A stretch of 64,000 nt of DNA, from contig CAXXTU010000002.1 in the NCBI GenBank assembly GCA_963662655.2, positions 3,614,423 through 3,678,422 of the forward strand. Reading direction: 5' to 3'. The DNA is from Candidatus Cloacimonadales bacterium (GTDB taxonomy: Bacteria; Cloacimonadota; Cloacimonadia; Cloacimonadales; JAIOQZ01). The notes under the pieces were generated by a model. It made no database searches. It had not been told where the DNA came from and saw only the letters and a list, made by a program, of their open reading frames with translations. This document shows, one piece after another, positions 58,638 through 64,000 of the stretch. Numbering within the stretch: the stretch's first letter is position 1; each line of letters begins with the position of its first letter. Both the position numbers and the translations under genes were made by a program.

Positions 58638-60048
58638 ATGGCCAGAAAGCAAGTACGTCCGGGCGGTTTGCGCTCGATTTTCAGGATTTCGACGATCGAA
58701 GGATCGTTTGCGCAGGTGCATACAGCGCTGGCGTACGTCGGAAGCGTGTTCATCTCCAAGCTGGCCATATTCCTCGGCGCGACCCCCATGCAGTTCGGAT
58801 TGCTGACAGCGGCCGGGCAGTTTTCGCAATTCTTCCAGCTTTTCGGCGTGGTTGTTTCCCGCAGACTGCATCATTACCGGAAACCGGCGATCTATCTCGC
58901 GCTGGTGGCGCGCGCGTTGCCGATTCTCCTGGTGCTTGTCGTGTTTTTCCGGGATCGGACCTGGCTGATCTGGTTTTTCCTTACTACCATGTTCCTCTCG
59001 TGCTCGTTCGCGTCCACGAGTGGAAACATATGGGTCGCGTGGGTATCCGAGCAAGTTCCGCAGCGCATCCGCGGACGCTTCTTCTCCAACCGGTCGCAGG
59101 TTCACCTGCTCGTCGGGCTCATCGTGGGATTCATCGCCAGCCTGTTTGTGGACGCCTTCACCGCAAAGCCCGAGAACTGGCAGTACTTCGTGGTGGATAT
59201 CACGGGACTCCAGTCGTTCTTCCGGCCGGGCATGGAGGGGATTGGCCTTGTGGTTGTCATCGCCGCGGGAGCTGTCATCTCCATTATCGGGCTGATTTTC
59301 CTCGCGAAGCAGCCGGATTGCACCAAGGAGCCGGATCACCGCAAGCTTGCCAGCATCCTGATCGAGCCGCTGAAGAACAGCAATTTTCGCAAGCTGCTGC
59401 TCTTCACGACCTGGTGGATGCTTGCTCTGGGAATCGGCTCGGCGTTCTGGCAGCCGTTCATGCTGGACAAGCTACGAATGAGCACCTTCGAAGTGATGCT
59501 CTACGGAATGGTCTCCTCCATATCCATGATGGTTTTTGTGCGGGGATGGGGACGCTTCATCGACAGGTACGGCAATAAAACCGCCATGAAAATCGCGATC
59601 GTGCTCGGATCGATCAACCCCGCCCTGTGGTGCTTCGTAACGAGGGACAGCTACTGGCTTCTGTGGGTGGAGGCGGCTTCCTCGGGATTCATGTGGTCCG
59701 GCGTGGGAATCATCAACACCAACTTCGTGCTCTCGATCGCGCCTCGGGAGAAACGGCAGGTCTACTCGGCGATCTTCTGGGCCTTTGCCGGATTGTGGAT
59801 GATGGTCTCGACGATTCTCTCCGGTAAATTCTTCCCACCGGCATTCGAGTGGGGGATGATTTCTCTCGAGCCCGAGCAGGTACTCTTCGCGCTGACTGCG
59901 ATCCTGCGCCTCACTGCCGAAATTCCGCTTCATTGGGTGCAAGAGCCTGGAAGCACACCGCTTAGTACGAACCATCAATATTTTGTTCTCCGAGCGATTC
60001 CTACAAATGCGCGGCATGATGAATAAATTCTTCCGTATCCGTATCTGA
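58638..60048 (+). CDS. MFS transporter (C-terminus probably frameshifted near 59970)
   Basis: About 12 hydrophobic segments; VPQRIRGRFFS, WGRFIDRYGNK. The track stops at 60026, but removing one A gives ...TINILFSERFLQMRGMMNKFFRIRI* ending at 60048. Confidence 0.85.
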
Positions 60049-60193
60049 TTTCTATACAAACATATCCAAGCCAACCTTACAAACGTGTTATCCGAGTAAC
60101 ATTCCTTTAACTCCTTCAAGTCGGCTTTGCATAGCGATTGCGTTATTCCTGTCCTGAAGAAAGTTTGAAAGGAAAAAATTACCGGGTGACAGT

Positions 60194-60649
60194 ATGAAAA
60201 AGTTCGAGTTCTCGCTTCAGAAGGTGATGGAAGTCAAGGAGACGGAGGAGAAAATCCTGCAAAGGGATCTCTACCTGATCCAGACGGACCTCATGCATGC
60301 CGAAGAAGAGCAAAAGCAGGCTGAGAAGCGCTTGCAGTCTGAACTCGATGAGCAGAAGAAGATGAACCGCAAACGCACGACTTCGGCGCAATACATGTTG
60401 CATCGCGACTATGTAGCTTGCCTTAAAAGCGAGTGCGACGGCTCGCGCCAGAAAGTGACGACCCTGCAGGGCAAAGAGTGCAAGGCGCGCGACAAGCTGC
60501 TCAAGAAAACCCAGGAAAAAAAGACGATCGAAAAACTGCGCGAATCGCGTCTGGAAGAATACTTCAAGGAAGTGAAAAAAGAAGAACAGGACTTTCTGGA
60601 CGAGATCGCAGCGCAGAGCGCTAACCATATTAATCGGGAGAACGAATGA
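60194..60649 (+). CDS. fliJ: Flagellar export chaperone FliJ
   Basis: MKKFEFSLQKVMEVK, coiled coil, KTIEKLRE, EQDFLDEIA. Confidence 0.93.
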   Translation: MKKFEFSLQKVMEVKETEEKILQRDLYLIQTDLMHAEEEQKQAEKRLQSELDEQKKMNRKRTTSAQYMLHRDYVACLKSECDGSRQKVTTLQGKECKARDKLLKKTQEKKTIEKLRESRLEEYFKEVKKEEQDFLDEIAAQSANHINRENE

Positions 60650-61358
60650 AGGACGCCCTGGTCTATGTCGGTGTATTTCTTGTGTCATTTATCCTCATCA
60701 ACGGATGTTGTTTTTGCTGCTCAAGGATAGGATTATCGGAGGTGGAGACGCCGACCTTGTTCCAACGGATTCAACGGCTGCGGGCATCGTCGCCGATTCG
60801 ACACTGGTAGATTCAACCATCGCCACGATAGGCGGTTCTCCAGAGCCGCTCGCCGAATACAACAATCTCATGAAGCTGCGCAAGCGCTTGATCCAGATAT
60901 ATACGGACGGCAAGATACACGATTACTCCCCGGCGGAGATCGATTCGATATTGCAAGACCTTATCGCGCAGGTTGATACGCTTGCCGTGAGTCAACAGAG
61001 ATACATACGGAAAATCAACGACCAGACGAACGAAATCCGGATGCGCGACAATACGATTACAGGCTTGAATACTCGCGTTACGGAGCTCGAGGAAAATATT
61101 TCCACACTACAGAGCAGTCACCAGCAGGAGCTTGCCCAGAAGGACGATCAGACGAGCCAGAGGCAACTCAAACTCCTGGCGGACACCTTCGAGGCGATGG
61201 ATCCGGAAAGCGCGGTGGAGAAGATGCTCGCGCTGCCGGATGAGAAGATCATCAGCATTCTCAAGCTGATGAGTGAACGGAAGAGGGCAAAACTGATGCA
61301 GGTTCTGCCCAATCCGCGTGCAAACATGATTGTGAAGAAAATGACGGAGACACAATGA
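60646..61358 (+). CDS. MotE/YlxF(FlbB)-like flagellar protein with MgtE-N-like C-terminus (frameshift near 60704)
   Basis: ATGA overlap with the fliJ stop gives a TM segment MKDALVYVGVFLVSFILING; one extra G joins it to MLFLLLKD...; LADTFEAMDPESAVEKM...ILKLMSERKRAKLM; lies after fliJ. Confidence 0.8.
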
Positions 61359-64000
61359 AGCAGATCGGAGTGACCTCACTGCAACCTTTCTTGCAGAAGT
61401 CCGGTAAGGGAATCAAGACCCTAGCTTCCGGAAAAAACTCCCTTTTCTTCAAGATCATCAGCTCGATCACGAACCTCGCCTCGAGTCAGCAGGCAAAGGG
61501 TACCGTTTCGAAGCACACTTCTTCGTCGAATCAAAGTCGTTTACGCATGCAGACAGCAAGGCTGAGCCATCTATATCGTCCGGTCCTCGATCAGACCAAG
61601 CGAATACAGGTATTGTGGAAGTCGATGCGAAGACGTTTTCGCTTGTGCTTGGGAAGGGCGAGCAGACGGTTGCGGAAAAGAAGACGCTACTGCATAGCGC
61701 TGCGAATCAAACCAAGCTCAAGAATCCTGAGGTGAAACGAAGCGCAGGGAAGCCTCAGGATGTAATTATTGCACAGGAAGTGACAGCTCAGCCCACAATA
61801 ACGGAAATACCTGTCAAAGAAGTTATCTCTGATGTGCATGTGGCCACGGATCAGAAGGTAAAAAGTCCGAGAATCAGGATACTGCTACGAAAAACACTTT
61901 CTTCCAATAACTCGATCTCAGTGAGAGGCACTGTGGCAGATAGCAAAACCAAGCCGGTTGTCGCTGAGAAAACCGTGCTACATATCGATCGATCCTGGAT
62001 CGGGAAATCACAGATTGCGGAAGCGGCAGTTAAAAATAAGATGGCGGAGAACAAGCAGACAGCCGCTGCAACGCCGGATGTTCATGAAAAGAAAGGTTCT
62101 TCGAAAGCTGCTGTTACCGACGTAAAGATGGCTGCACCGAAAACGCACGCGCATAAGACCGCTCCTGAAGCGAATGTGCCGAATGTGAAGGGTGAATCGG
62201 TTAATACGGAAAAAGCAAGTTTCAAAGAATCGAAGTCTGCGACCAGTCAACCTCAGACGAGCGTGTCGGATAAGCCTGTTGCGGATGAAAAGCCCGAACA
62301 GGCACAATCCAGCGCACGTAAAGTGGCCACTTCCGAAGTGAAGCCCGAACCGGCCCCGAAGAGTGAGATCATTCGGGATCGCTCATCAAACAATGTTGCA
62401 TCACAGCCAGCGCGCTCTGATTTTATCGCTTCGTCCCGTAAGGATAACGTGAAGCAGTCCCCGGCCAGCGCGCAAGATGCGGTTCAGGGAAAGCCCGGCG
62501 AAGAGCTGAATATTCCCTTGAAGCAAAATGCGAACATTCGCCCCGCGCCCGGATCGTCGATTCCTGTATCCAACCGGGTCGTTGATCACGATGCGGTCAA
62601 GCATGCCGCGCAGAAGGCCCCGTCACTTCACCGGAAGAAATTTCCACGAAAATGTGAAGCACACGACAAGCAAGCAGCAGATCGCAGATTTCGCCGGGAA
62701 GTTGCACGCGAACGTGAGGAGCGCGACTCCCGTTCCAGCGGATATGGGCTTCAGGAATGGAGAAGTCGAGATGAACGCTCGACAGTGGAACTCCATCCAG
62801 GCGGAAGTCAGGGCCGCGACTCCTGAGACGCCGCGTGTTGCGACTCCAAAGCAAGCTCCGTCGAAGATGGCGGAAGCACCGAAGGAAGCGACCATCCCGG
62901 TGGGCAAAGCGCCGCAATCCGAGACGGTTGTTACCAAAGAAGAATTTTCTACCGCCGCAAAGCCTGAGCAGACGGTTAATCCGGATGCGAAGGTTGCTTC
63001 AACCACACAGCACGCTGAAATAAAGCAAGGTGCAATGCCGAACCATGCTCCGACGAAGATGTCGGAAGCTCCGAAGAAAGCGACCATCCCGGTAGGCAAA
63101 GCGCCGCAGTCTGAGACGGTTGTTGCCAAAGAAGAATTTTCTACCGCCGCGAAGCCTGAGCAGACGATAAATTCGGATGCGAAGGTTGCTTCAACCACGC
63201 AGCACGCTGAAATAAAGCAAGGTGCAATGCCGAACCATGCTCCGACGAAGATGGCGGAAGCACCGAAGGAAGCGACCATCCAGGTGGGCAAAGCGCCGCA
63301 ATCCGAGACGGTTGTTGCCAAAGAAGAATTTTCTACCGCCGCGAAGCCTGAGCAGACGATGAATTCGGATGCGAAGGTTGCTTCAACCACGCAGCACGCT
63401 GAAATAAAGCAAGGTGCAATGCCGAACCATGCTCCGACGAAGATGTCGGAAGCTCCGAAGGAAGCGACCATCCCGGTAGGCAAAGCGCCGCAGTCTGAGA
63501 CGGTTGTTGCCAAAGAAGAATTTTCTACCGCCGCGAAGCCTGAGCAGACGATGAATTCGGATGCGAAGGTTGCTTCAACCACGCAGCACGCTGAAATAAA
63601 GCAAGGTGCAATGCCGAACCATGCTCCGACGAAGATGGCGGAAGCACCGAAGGAAGCGACCATCCAGGTGGGCAAAGCGCCGCAGTCTGAGACGGTTGTT
63701 ACCAAAGAAGAATTTTCTACCGCCCCGAAGCCTGAGCAGACGATGAATTCGGATGCGAAGGTTGCTTCAACCACGCAGCACGCTGAAATAAAGCAAGGTG
63801 CAATACCGAACCATGCTCCGACGAAGATGTCGGAAGCTCCGAAGGAAGCGACCATCCCGGTAGGCAAAGCGCCGCAATCCGAGACGGTTGTTACCAAAGA
63901 AGAATTTTCTACCGCCGCAAAGCCTGAGCAGACGATGAATTCGGATGCGAAGGTTGCTTCAACCACGCAGCACGCTGAAATAAAGCAAGGTGCAATGCCG
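61355..64000 (+). CDS. fliK: Probable flagellar hook-length control protein, very long, broken by frameshifts near 61524 and 62620-62645, runs off the window
   Basis: Position fliJ-ylxF-fliK; ATGA overlap; disordered A/S/T/K/P-rich sequence. The diagnostic C-terminal domain lies outside the window, so the call is positional. Confidence 0.6.
62855..64000 (+). repeat. Coding tandem repeat, 192-bp (64-aa) unit, at least 6 copies
   Basis: Units start at 62855, 63047, 63239, 63431, 63623 and 63815; consensus APTKM(A/S)EAPKEATI(P/Q)VGKAPQSETVV(T/A)KEEFSTAAKPEQTMNSDAKVASTTQHAEIKQGAMPNH. Confidence 0.97.

Noticed and set aside
62623..63966. 447-aa minus-strand repeat ORF, or a CRISPR-like array
   Set aside because: It is antisense to the open + strand repeat frame; the units are contiguous 192-bp coding repeats with no unique spacers or cas genes.

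Overview
This is a bacterial chromosomal window, probably from an FCB-group anaerobe such as Candidatus Cloacimonadota. That call is inferred from five secreted proteins ending in an FlgD-Ig/T9SS-like C-terminal domain (PNP-x-N...IYNxKGQ...KMLxLK). From left to right it contains: (1) two flagellum-associated-looking genes, a STAS protein, a flavodoxin-ferredoxin, a large GH13 glycosidase and tRNA-Arg(ACG); (2) a ~26 kb surface-protein region with two tandem FGE/CLec-fold paralogues (one with a DGR-like variable region), an 1100-aa FN3 protein, a 2147-aa multidomain adhesin, an adenylate cyclase-STAND-TPR protein, an inactivated IS3 joining two outward-pointing gene fragments, a radical SAM protein and a gingipain-like C25 peptidase; (3) a TPR protein, an asparagine-synthase-like gene (a second lies at 14.5 kb), a Sat-APS kinase fusion, two secreted paralogues with swapped C-termini, DUF116-fmt-def-yajC and ridA; (4) a sigma54-type flagellar operon flgB-flgC-orf-fliEFGHI, a four-gene interruption, then fliJ, a MotE/YlxF-like gene and a very long FliK-position gene carrying at least six 192-bp tandem repeats that run off the window. 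The best novelty candidates are a 185-nt perfect four-way-junction element between yajC and ridA with a partial covarying copy at 3.3 kb, the repeat-expanded FliK, the orphan DGR-type target, and Arg-rich loops in cadherin-like domains next to a C25 protease. Single-base frameshifts cluster after 54.8 kb and are probably assembly errors. No CRISPR array, rRNA, reverse transcriptase or prophage was seen.
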